Shown here in pieces: positions 28,279-36,593 of a stretch of 64,000 bases of DNA. The notes below the pieces were generated by a model, which did not search any database, was not told the DNA's origin, and was given only the letters and a program-made list of their open reading frames with translations. A program made the translations under genes and the position numbers. Origin of the DNA: Candidatus Binatia bacterium (GTDB taxonomy: Bacteria; Desulfobacterota; Binatia; UBA9968; JAJDTQ01); the NCBI GenBank assembly GCA_963664535.1, contig OY761465.1, positions 76,980 through 140,979 on the forward strand. Direction: 5' to 3'. Position 1 is the stretch's first letter. Each line of letters starts with the position of its first letter.

Positions 28279-29616
28279 ATGAAACTCTACGTGCAAACCT
28301 GGGGCTGCCAGATGAACCAGCTCGACTCGTCCCGGATCGTGCAGCTCATGAAGTCCGCGGACTACGAGCCCACGGATCGGGTGGACGACGCCGACCTGAT
28401 CATCCTGAACACGTGCAGCGTGCGGGACAAGGCCGAGCAGAAGGTCTACAGCGCGCTCGGAAGGTGGCGCACGCTCAAGGAGGAGAAGGGCGTCATCCTG
28501 GGCGTGGGCGGGTGCGTCGCCCAGCAGGAGGGGGAGGCGTTGCTGCGGCGGGCGCCGCACCTGGACCTGGTGTTCGGCACCCACAACATGCACAAGCTGC
28601 CGCAGATGGTCGAAGAGGCCAGGGAAGCGGCCCGGCGTTCGGTGGAGACGGCCTTCTACCGCGATCCGTTCTATCTCGAGGACCCGTCGGGACTGCCGGA
28701 GACGGACGGCGCCAAGGCCTACGTCACCATCATGCAGGGATGCAACAAGGTGTGCAGCTTCTGCATCGTTCCCCGGGTGCGCGGCCGCGAGGTGAGCCGG
28801 TCCAGCGAGAATATCGTCCGGGACGTGGAGGCGCTGGTGGAGCGCGGCGTCAAGGAGGTGATGCTGCTGGGCCAGAACGTCAACTCCTACGGCCGGACGG
28901 TGGAAGGGGAAAGGTCGTTCCCCGCGTTGCTGGAGCGCATCAACGCCATTCCCGGCATCCGACGGATCCGCTTCACCACCTCTCATCCCCATGACCTCTC
29001 GCCGGAGCTGGTGGATGCCTTCGTCCGGCTCGAGAACCTCTGCGAGCACCTCCATCTGCCGCTCCAGTCCGGTTCCGATTCGGTGTTGGCGCGCATGCGT
29101 CGCGGCTACCGGCTCGACGAGTACATGGAGCGCGTCCGCTCGCTGCGCAAGCGGCGGCCGGAGGTGGCCGTCACCACGGACATGATCGTGGGCTTTCCCG
29201 GCGAGACCGAGGCGGAATTCGAGGAGACCCTGGCCGTCGTCCGCGAGATCGAGTACGACGACATGTTCACTTTCACCTACTCGCCGCGTCCCCGCACGGT
29301 GGCGGCCAAGGTCTACCGCGACGACGTGCCCGACGAGGTCAAGGGGGACCGCTGCCGCAGGCTGCAGGAGCTGCAGAAGGACATTGCGTTGCGGAAGAAC
29401 CGTAGCCTGGTGGGCACGGAGCAGGAGATTCTGGTGGAAGGGCCGTCCAGGCTCGGCAGGGATCAACTCATGGGCCGGACCCGGACCAACCGGATCGTCA
29501 ACTTCACGCCCGGCGAAGCTACGGTGCCGGCGGAGATGGCGCGGGTTCGCGTGGTCGACGCCACGCCCAATTCACTGATCGGCGAGGCCGTGGGAGCAAG
29601 GGAGGTCATGCAATGA
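28279..29616 (+). CDS. miaB: tRNA methylthiotransferase MiaB
   Basis: TWGCQMN, NTCSVRDKAEQK, GCNKVCSFC and a C-terminal TRAM-like region. Confidence 0.96.
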   Translation: MKLYVQTWGCQMNQLDSSRIVQLMKSADYEPTDRVDDADLIILNTCSVRDKAEQKVYSALGRWRTLKEEKGVILGVGGCVAQQEGEALLRRAPHLDLVFGTHNMHKLPQMVEEAREAARRSVETAFYRDPFYLEDPSGLPETDGAKAYVTIMQGCNKVCSFCIVPRVRGREVSRSSENIVRDVEALVERGVKEVMLLGQNVNSYGRTVEGERSFPALLERINAIPGIRRIRFTTSHPHDLSPELVDAFVRLENLCEHLHLPLQSGSDSVLARMRRGYRLDEYMERVRSLRKRRPEVAVTTDMIVGFPGETEAEFEETLAVVREIEYDDMFTFTYSPRPRTVAAKVYRDDVPDEVKGDRCRRLQELQKDIALRKNRSLVGTEQEILVEGPSRLGRDQLMGRTRTNRIVNFTPGEATVPAEMARVRVVDATPNSLIGEAVGAREVMQ

Positions 29617-30128
29617 AGGGTCCTGAAGCAATTGAAATGACCGTGGCCGGCCTGACGCTGGATCAGGTGACCCGGACGCCCATCGTGGTCCTCAAGGACT
29701 CCGAGAACAAGCTGCAGTTGCCCATCTGGATCGGGCTGCTGGAGGCCACGGCCATGGCCACGGAGATCGAAGGCATCAAGATGGCCCGGCCCATGACCCA
29801 TGACCTTTTCAAGAACGTGCTCTCCGAGCTCGGCGGCACGGTCACGAGGGTCGCCATCACCGAGCTCAAGGAAAACACCTACTACGCGGTCATCACGCTG
29901 CTGGTGGGGGACCGTGAGGTGGCCATGGATTCGCGGCCGAGCGACGCCATTGCCATGGCGCTCCGGAGCAAGACGCCCATCTACGTCGCCAAGGAAGTGC
30001 TGGAGCAGTCGAGCGTTCTGCAGCAGACCGAAGAGGGGGGAGACCCGGACTTCGCCAACGTCTCGAAGGAGAAGTGGGGCGAGATCCTGGACAAGATGTC
30101 CCCCGACGACTTCAAGTACAAGATGTAA
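29613..30128 (+). CDS. Bifunctional nuclease family (DUF151) protein
   Basis: LPIWIGLLEA, RPMTHDL and DSRPSDAIA motifs. Confidence 0.92.
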   Translation: MKGPEAIEMTVAGLTLDQVTRTPIVVLKDSENKLQLPIWIGLLEATAMATEIEGIKMARPMTHDLFKNVLSELGGTVTRVAITELKENTYYAVITLLVGDREVAMDSRPSDAIAMALRSKTPIYVAKEVLEQSSVLQQTEEGGDPDFANVSKEKWGEILDKMSPDDFKYKM

Positions 30129-30152
30129 TCCAGAACTGGAGAATCGTTGCAT

Positions 30153-30845
30153 ATGGCAGCGCCGAGACAGCGCATATCGCGAAAGGATATCCGTCAACCC
30201 GACCGGTTCATGGTGCTGATGGGGAGGTGCCTCGATCTCCTCAAGACTTACCGGAGCCCGTTGATCGGCATCGGCGTAGCCGTGGTCGTGGCGGTAAGCG
30301 GCGTGGTGGGTTGGCAATACTACCGCGGGCACCAGCAGGATCTGGCGTCCCAGGCCTACAACAAGGCGCTTCGCGAGTATCAGCAGGCCCGCTACCAGGC
30401 GGCCCTGGAGTCTTTCGAAAGCCTTCGGGCCCGGGGCGAGGCGCCGTACGACGCGCTGGCCGACCTCTATGTAGCCAACAGTTACATAGCCCTGGATCAA
30501 CACGCCAAGGCCGTTGAGACGCTTGGCGCCACCGCCGAGAAGGAACACGATGGCTTCCTGGGCCAGGTGATGCTCGTTACCTTGGGCATCGCCCAGGAAA
30601 TGACCGGCGCCTGCGACGAGGCTGTGCGGTCCCTGGATCGCGCGCTGGAGCGCCAGGGGCCGCTACGGCAGGAAGCCATGCTGGGCAAGGCCCGCTGCAA
30701 CGCGCGGCTGGGAAAAACCCGCGACGCGGTGGAGAGTTACAAGGCTTACCTCAAGGAGTTTCCCGAGGGCGAGACGGTCGAGATCGCGTTGCGGTTGCAG
30801 CAACTCGAAGCCGAATCCGGAACCCCCGTCAAGGCCACGCCCTAA
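30153..30845 (+). CDS. Membrane-anchored tetratricopeptide-repeat protein (YfgM-like)
   Basis: RKDIRQPDRF N-terminus, one TM helix, then TPR-like helices. Confidence 0.8.
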   Translation: MAAPRQRISRKDIRQPDRFMVLMGRCLDLLKTYRSPLIGIGVAVVVAVSGVVGWQYYRGHQQDLASQAYNKALREYQQARYQAALESFESLRARGEAPYDALADLYVANSYIALDQHAKAVETLGATAEKEHDGFLGQVMLVTLGIAQEMTGACDEAVRSLDRALERQGPLRQEAMLGKARCNARLGKTRDAVESYKAYLKEFPEGETVEIALRLQQLEAESGTPVKATP

Positions 30846-30963
30846 GAAACCGGGCATCGTCGCATCCCAGGCCCGGAACCTCAGTCCGGGCTCGAAGCCT
30901 CTCGCCAGGACCTGAAATACCAAAGCGGGCTCGCTTGGGCTCGGATCGATTGTCGCACAAATA

Positions 30964-30991
30964 ACGTCTGATAATGTATATTATGTCAACT
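30964..30991 (+). other. dif: dif site (XerC/XerD chromosome dimer resolution site)
   Basis: ACGTCTGATAA-TGTATA-TTATGTCAACT versus E. coli GGTGCGCATAA-TGTATA-TTATGTTAAAT: identical core and 9/11 match in the XerD arm. Intergenic between convergent genes; KOPS polarity flips here. Confidence 0.88.
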
Positions 30992-31038
30992 TTCACATCC
31001 GGCGCGGAGCGCCCGATGTGAAAGTTGACATAATATAC
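30976..31038. repeat. Perfect 24-bp AT-rich inverted repeat duplicating most of the dif core and the XerD arm
   Basis: GTATATTATGTCAACTTTCACATC (30976-30999) pairs with GATGTGAAAGTTGACATAATATAC (31015-31038). The spacer is C-GGCGC-GGA-GCGCC-C. Confidence 0.95.
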
Positions 31039-31145
31039 CTGCACTATACCTATAGCTGCCTTTCCTGGTGGGGGGCGCGTCTGTAGTCTTGGGGGACTAC
31101 GGAGAGGGAAACTGGGGGTTGAGAGTCGTCTCCCGGTTCGACGGG

Positions 31146-31484
31146 TCAGGTCATTCGTTTTTTGGTGCGGATTGGTTTCTCCGAGTCTTGGGGCCGGGAA
31201 TCCTTCGCCCCGCCCTGCACGAGGAACAGGCGGGTCCGGATGGGCTCGCGGCGTCGGTGGTAGGTCCACGCGCCGTAGGAGTTGCTGGTCAGCGTGTAGA
31301 TGCCGTCTTCAAGCCGTTGTGCGCTCATCTCGCTGCAGGTGCTGAACGCGGACTGCTGGATCCATTGGCGGTGGTACGTGCAGTTGCCGGAGCGTGTGTC
31401 TCGCGGACCGGGTTGGAGGTACAGGCAGTAGTTGCAGGTGTTTTCCCAGTCGGGATAACGGCGGCGTTTCGGGTTGGTTGGCAT
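31146..31484 (-). CDS. Hypothetical Cys-rich small protein
   Basis: 112 aa with CNYC...GNCTYH...C, co-oriented downstream of the persulfide dioxygenase-rhodanese gene. Confidence 0.6.
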   Translation of the reverse strand: MPTNPKRRRYPDWENTCNYCLYLQPGPRDTRSGNCTYHRQWIQQSAFSTCSEMSAQRLEDGIYTLTSNSYGAWTYHRRREPIRTRLFLVQGGAKDSRPQDSEKPIRTKKRMT

Positions 31485-31530
31485 GACCGGTACGGGTTGT
31501 CTTGGGGGGATTGGCTCAATCGGTTTCCCG

Positions 31531-32583
31531 TCATTGGGCGCGGGAGTGATGTTCCACCGGCAGGCGAGCTTCGTTCCAGGCGAGCAGGCCGCCGGCGAGA
31601 TTGGAGACGTCGTTGAAGCCGGACCTGCCGAGGATCGCCGCGGCGGTGGCGCTGCGCATCCCGGCGCGGCAGATGGTGACCACGGGAGTTGCCTTGTGCT
31701 CGGCGATTTCGGTTACCCGGTTCATGAGCTCCCGGAGGGGAATCAGCACGCTACCGGCCAGGTGGCCGAGCTCTCCCGAGTACTCGCTGGGCTCGCGAAC
31801 GTCCACCAGCAGCGGGCGCGTTTCGGAATCGAGCATCCGCCGGAGCGCCTGGACGTCGATTTCCCGGACCTTCTTGAGCTCGCTCCAGTCGGGAAAGCTG
31901 ATGTCTTCGTTGCTGATGGCCGATTGATTGGGTTGGAGGACCTCCTGGATATTCTGGGGCGGCGAGAGCTGGAGGTTGTTCATGAGGTCGATGTAGTCCT
32001 GCCGGGTCCGGTTGGCGAGCCGCGGGTTGGTCTGTTTTTCGCGGCCGATGGTGGAGGCGGTGTTGCCGCGGTAGTCGTGGCCGGGACGGACGACAGTGTC
32101 GTCCGGGAGCGCGAAGAGCTTGTCCGTGACGGCATCGTACTGCGCGCCGGCGTCGCCGCCGGCGAAGTCGGTGCGTCCCGAGCCGCCGATGAACAGCGTG
32201 TCGCCGGTGAGGACGTTTCCTTCCACCAACAGGCTCATGCCGTCGGGCGTGTGCCCGGGAGTATGGAGGACCCGCACCACGAGAGCGCCGACGGCGATTT
32301 CGTCGCCCTCTTCCAGATGCCTGTCCACGGCGGGGCTGGGGGCCCACTTCTGCATCGCGAACGGCGGTCCGAGCAGGAATCGCAACTGGGGGCACCCGCT
32401 GAGATGGTCGGCGTGGGTGTGGCTGTCGATGACCATGTCCAGCTTGAGGCGATGGTAGGCGAGCACGGCGATATACCGCTCCACGTGGGCGTAGAGCGGG
32501 TCCACCAGCACCGCGTGTCCCCTGCCCTCGTCGGCTATCAGATAGGTCTTGCAGCTTCCGCCGTTGAGCTCGCGGAGGATCAT
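31531..32583 (-). CDS. Persulfide dioxygenase (ETHE1-like MBL fold) fused to rhodanese
   Basis: SHTHADHLSG, HTPGHT, LTGDTLF, GRTDF, PGHDY and STIGREK motifs. C-terminal rhodanese with DVREPSEY and CRAGMRS. Confidence 0.92.
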   Translation of the reverse strand: MILRELNGGSCKTYLIADEGRGHAVLVDPLYAHVERYIAVLAYHRLKLDMVIDSHTHADHLSGCPQLRFLLGPPFAMQKWAPSPAVDRHLEEGDEIAVGALVVRVLHTPGHTPDGMSLLVEGNVLTGDTLFIGGSGRTDFAGGDAGAQYDAVTDKLFALPDDTVVRPGHDYRGNTASTIGREKQTNPRLANRTRQDYIDLMNNLQLSPPQNIQEVLQPNQSAISNEDISFPDWSELKKVREIDVQALRRMLDSETRPLLVDVREPSEYSGELGHLAGSVLIPLRELMNRVTEIAEHKATPVVTICRAGMRSATAAAILGRSGFNDVSNLAGGLLAWNEARLPVEHHSRAQ

Positions 32584-32610
32584 GGCCGTCTCGTCAGGGT
32601 GATGTGGGCG

Positions 32611-33768
32611 CTAAAAGTAACGCCAGAGCCACCATTTCTCGAACAGGACCTTGCTCCAGTAGATCATCCGGGAGGGCCCCCAGGAGCGTGAGTCGGTGGC
32701 GCCGAAAGGCGGCCATCCCTGTGGGTACGTCGTGCGGTTGGCGGCGGCGCGTCCCGCGCCGCAAGAGAGCAGTCATATGGTGTGCAGGTGAAGGGTGGAC
32801 AGTTCCCCTTCCCCCGTGATCTCCGCCACCAGGTTGTCCGCCACGACGTCGGCTTCCTGGTGCGCCACGCCGCCGGCCTTGGAGGCGGGCATGTCGGCGC
32901 AGTCGCCGATGGCGTAGACGTTCTCCCACTTGGTCTCCAGGGTGTCGTAGTCCACCCGTATGCCGTTTTCCTTCTCGGCCAGGCCACAGTCGTAGAGCAC
33001 TTGGGAGGGTCGGTGCGGCGGCACCATCATCAGCAGGTCGTAGGACAATTCGTAGCCGTAGAGGCCCTTGACGCGTTTCCTGTCCGGATCGATGGACTGC
33101 ACGACGAAGTCGTAGTGGATGGTGACGTTGCGCTTCTTGCTTTGGGCGTCCATCCACACCGAGGGCATGTGCTCCTCGCCGGCCGGCTCCGGTTCCCGGG
33201 TGAAGTACTGGAGGTCCACCAGGTCGCGGATGGTCCGCCCCTTGAAGTAGCTGTCCAGCATCCACTGGGCTTCGTAGGGGGCCGGCGGGCAACGGTACGG
33301 TCCCTGCGGGATGCCCACCAGCACGCGCCCCTCGCGGAAATTGTCGAGGGTGGTCCTGAGACGCACGGCCGCGTCCATCTCCCATGAATGCTGCGCCCCC
33401 TCGGCGAAGCCGGGCAGCAGGTCGGGCCTGACCTCGAGGCCCAGGGAAACGATCAGGTAGTCGTACGGGATGGCGGTGCTTTCGAGGATGACTTGCTGGC
33501 GGCCGGCATCGATCCCGAGGATCTCCGCCTGAAGCACCCGGATGTTGCGTTTCTCCAGGCGCTTGAGCTTTCGCGTGATGTCCTCGGGCCGTCGCTGTCC
33601 GACCATCACGAACAGGAACGCGGGCATGTAGACGTGGTCGGCGCGGCGGTCGATGAGGGTTACGTCGTGATCCCCTCCGAGGGCGCGGCCGAGCTTGGTG
33701 GCGGCCACGACTCCGCCACTGCCGCCGCCCAGCACCACGATCTGCTTGCGTCCGTTGTGGTAGTGCAT
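32611..33768 (-). CDS. SQR/FCSD-family FAD oxidoreductase, probable selenoprotein (Sec332, 385 aa)
   Basis: GGGSGG FAD motif, YRCPPAPYE, YAIGD and KAGGVA. The in-frame TGA at 32775-32773 is followed by 53 codons ending PSRMIYWSKVLFEKWWLWRYF-TAG. Confidence 0.85.
32744..32762 (-). promoter_or_regulatory. Putative bacterial SECIS hairpin
   Basis: GCGGCGCG-GGA-CGCGCCGC: a perfect 8-bp stem with a G-first loop, 18 nt between the UGA and the loop. Confidence 0.72.
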
Positions 33769-33778
33769 TTCGTGACCG

Positions 33779-33988
33779 TCAGGAGTCCTGTTGCTGCCGC
33801 CGCCTGGCTCGAAGGGCGAGGCCCTTCAGGTTACGCATGCGCCGGTCCCGCCACATCCGCTGTTCCTGCCGCCCTTCTTCGGTCAGTTCGGACTCGAACC
33901 GCGAAGTGCCGCGGATCAGGCGCAGCACCAGGAAGTCGGAACAGGTCTTGATCTGTTCCGCAATCCAGGTGAAGAGGCCGCCGGACAT
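33779..33988 (-). CDS. Small basic hypothetical protein (69 aa)
   Basis: Fills the gap between the DapA-like and SQR-like genes on the same strand and ends 10 nt before the SQR start. Confidence 0.5.
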   Translation of the reverse strand: MSGGLFTWIAEQIKTCSDFLVLRLIRGTSRFESELTEEGRQEQRMWRDRRMRNLKGLALRARRRQQQDS

Positions 33989-34009
33989 GGGTGTCTTCCG
34001 TTACCCGAG

Positions 34010-34975
34010 CTAACGAAGGAAGGTGTCTTCCTGGGCAAGCTGGATGGCGGCCTCGTCAAAGGCGGCTTCGTCGGGCTCGCCATCGCCGAGGATGCCGATC
34101 TGCCCCAGGAACTGCCCGATCTGGGCATGGTCCCGGGGACTCACGGGCGAGTACGGCCGGGCGGGGTCGCCGATATCGACTCCGAAGTGCTTCAGGGCGG
34201 ATTTCATGATCGGCGGCAGTCCGTAGGCGCCCCACTTCCCCGGGAAGAGGGTGAAACAGCGCTGCCAGTAGCGCGCCTTGTCGACATCGCCGTCCCGGAA
34301 CGCGCGGACGACCCGGGCGCCGATGCGCGTGCCCGGCGGCGGCATGGTGGCGCCGGCGCCTCCCATCATGAGCGTCGTCAGCAACGGCTGCATGGTGGTG
34401 AAGTAGTTGGCCTTGCCGGCGAGGTGGACCTGCTCGATGAGGCGCGTGATCTTGGTGATGTCGCGCGAGCTTTCCTTGAAATAGTCGACTTTCTCGATCT
34501 CGCTGAGCCGCACGAAGGCGTCCAGGGGCGGGTCGGCGCCGGGACCGGGGTTGTGATAGGCGACGATGGGCAACGGGCTGACAGACGCCACTTCGGTGAA
34601 GAACTGCACCAGATCCGCGATGGTGGGCTGCCCGCCCCACGGACGGATGGGCATCAGCACCTGGATGAGGTCGCCGCCCACAGCGGCGGCATGGTCCGCG
34701 AGGTCGAGGATCGTTTCGATGGAATGGCTCGACGCCCCGAGAATGACCGGCACGCGCTTGTTGACGACCTCGGTGGCGCGCCGCATGACTTCCTTCCGCT
34801 CCTGGAGGGAAAGGACCGTGTACTCCGAGGCTTCGACGGCGACCACGGAGATGGCGTCGCAGTCGGCTACGAGAAACTCGATCTGCCGCGCCAGTGCGTC
34901 ATAGTCCACGTTCCCGTCGTCCGTGAACGGGGTCAGCGCAGCTCCGATAATTCCTCTGATGGGGCTTGCCAGCAT
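34010..34975 (-). CDS. Dihydrodipicolinate synthase/N-acetylneuraminate lyase family aldolase
   Basis: ALTPF..G.VDY, VAYHNP and YFKES (Schiff-base Lys). The GxxGE loop is replaced by AVEASE. Confidence 0.85.
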   Translation of the reverse strand: MLASPIRGIIGAALTPFTDDGNVDYDALARQIEFLVADCDAISVVAVEASEYTVLSLQERKEVMRRATEVVNKRVPVILGASSHSIETILDLADHAAAVGGDLIQVLMPIRPWGGQPTIADLVQFFTEVASVSPLPIVAYHNPGPGADPPLDAFVRLSEIEKVDYFKESSRDITKITRLIEQVHLAGKANYFTTMQPLLTTLMMGGAGATMPPPGTRIGARVVRAFRDGDVDKARYWQRCFTLFPGKWGAYGLPPIMKSALKHFGVDIGDPARPYSPVSPRDHAQIGQFLGQIGILGDGEPDEAAFDEAAIQLAQEDTFLR

Positions 34976-34988
34976 GCCTTGACCTCGC

Positions 34989-35639
34989 TCAGACCTCGGC
35001 GACGATTCTGGCGTGGGCCGCGTCGCTCCCCTGCACCTTGAGGGGCAGCGCCATGATGCGGCTCTTGCGTCCAGCAATGGCGGCGAGATTGGTTACGTTC
35101 TCGGCGATCAGCACGTCGTTGCCCAGGAGAGTCCGGTGTACCGGGAAGCCGAACCCCTTGGGCCGCAACGGCGTGGGAAGGTCCACCGTGATGCAGTCGA
35201 TTCCGAACAGCTTCACTCCGCGCTCCACGATCCATTCCGCCGCGTCGACGGAGAGATAGGGGTGCATATTGTATTCTTCGCTTTCGAATTTCTCGTCCCA
35301 TCCGGTATGCAGCATCAGCACGTCGCCCCGCTCCACCGCAACCCCCGAGCCTTCGAGATCCGCCGCGGTGACTTCCTCTCCCCCGCCCTTCTCCACGGAG
35401 ATCACGGCGCCCGGCCCGACGAACGCGTCGAGCGACAGCTCCTCGATGGACTTGCCGTCGGGCATGATGTGGACAGGCGCGTCCACGTGGGTCCCGGCAT
35501 GACACGGCAGGTTGATCTCGGTGACGTTGAGCGGGTGGCCCTTGCCGAGGTCGAAGAAGCGCTGCACGTGCACGTCCGGCAGCACCGGGATCTTGGGCAT
35601 GCCGTCGTAGATTATCCGCGAGAGATCGATCATGGACAT
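34989..35639 (-). CDS. Cyclase family (kynurenine formamidase-like) metal-dependent hydrolase
   Basis: IDLS, HAGTHVDAPVH, HRTLLG and IAENVTNL motifs. Confidence 0.9.
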   Translation of the reverse strand: MSMIDLSRIIYDGMPKIPVLPDVHVQRFFDLGKGHPLNVTEINLPCHAGTHVDAPVHIMPDGKSIEELSLDAFVGPGAVISVEKGGGEEVTAADLEGSGVAVERGDVLMLHTGWDEKFESEEYNMHPYLSVDAAEWIVERGVKLFGIDCITVDLPTPLRPKGFGFPVHRTLLGNDVLIAENVTNLAAIAGRKSRIMALPLKVQGSDAAHARIVAEV

Positions 35640-35677
35640 GGTCGTGTTCCTGAAGGGTTGGGGCGCCTGCCGCGGGT

Positions 35678-36427
35678 TCAGGCCGCGCCTCCGTTGCGCC
35701 AACCGGCGTAGATGGGGTCCTTGTCGACGAAGGCTCTCTTGATGCCGTCGAAGGCCAGCCAGAACTGGTCCAGGGTCTTCTGCACCGACTGGCGCACCAG
35801 ATCCTGCTGCTGGTCGGTGACCGCGTATCGGCTCACGGCCAACGGGCCCACCTTCATGTGCTCTTCGTCCACGCCCATGTGCAGCGTCCAGTAGCGGATG
35901 TTGTCGCTTTCCCGGTCGAAGCCGTAGTGCGTGGTCAGTCCGGTGACGATGCGGCTCATGCGCTCGCTGGCGGTACCTTCAAGGCAGAAGCCCTGGCAGG
36001 CGTAGAGCTCCAGCCATGAGCGTTGGTACATGAGCAGGTCGCGCCAGTCGAGGAACGCCGAGGTCTCGGGCAGGGGCCGCACCGCGTCCAGCTCCTCCTT
36101 GGAAGCGTAGCCGCAGTTCATGGCGAAACGGATGAAGAGGCCGCGGTGACTGTCGGTGCCGGAGATCTCCCCGGTACCCTCCTCCACCACGTTCTCGATC
36201 CACATCCTTTCCAGCTCGGCGTCCTCGGGACAGCGTCCCAGCATGGCCGCGATGGGCTTGGGAAAGGGCTTGGGGAAGAAAAGATAGAACTGGCCCACGA
36301 ACCCCTTGAGCGCCTCCCGGTCGATCTCGCCCCTTTCGATCATCCCGATCAGAGGGTTGTCCTTGGAGTGCTTGGCGCGAACGGTGTCGTGAATTTCCTG
36401 TACAAAAGCATCGCCGGAAAGAGGCAT
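35678..36427 (-). CDS. Heme-oxygenase-like diiron oxidase (CADD/PqqC/TenA fold)
   Basis: Ligand pattern ENVVEE...SH, CLE and HMGVDEEH (HxxxDxxH). Confidence 0.82.
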   Translation of the reverse strand: MPLSGDAFVQEIHDTVRAKHSKDNPLIGMIERGEIDREALKGFVGQFYLFFPKPFPKPIAAMLGRCPEDAELERMWIENVVEEGTGEISGTDSHRGLFIRFAMNCGYASKEELDAVRPLPETSAFLDWRDLLMYQRSWLELYACQGFCLEGTASERMSRIVTGLTTHYGFDRESDNIRYWTLHMGVDEEHMKVGPLAVSRYAVTDQQQDLVRQSVQKTLDQFWLAFDGIKRAFVDKDPIYAGWRNGGAA

Positions 36428-36593
36428 CGAATCCACTCCTGAAAACGTGAATTTTCGTTGAGGGCCGCCGTTTCCCGGCGCCGCATGCGACGCCAGCGGG
36501 AACGGGCGGACTTCCTCCAACGAAGTCAGACTAGTTACTTGAAAGCCGGGCGGATGGCAACCGATGCGACGCTCCGGCGCCTGGGGCGGGCCC

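Noticed and set aside
31025-31056. TTGACA within the dif inverted repeat as a promoter
   Set aside because: There is no good -10 element at 16-18 bp and no downstream plus-strand gene. The hexamer is simply part of the XerD arm.
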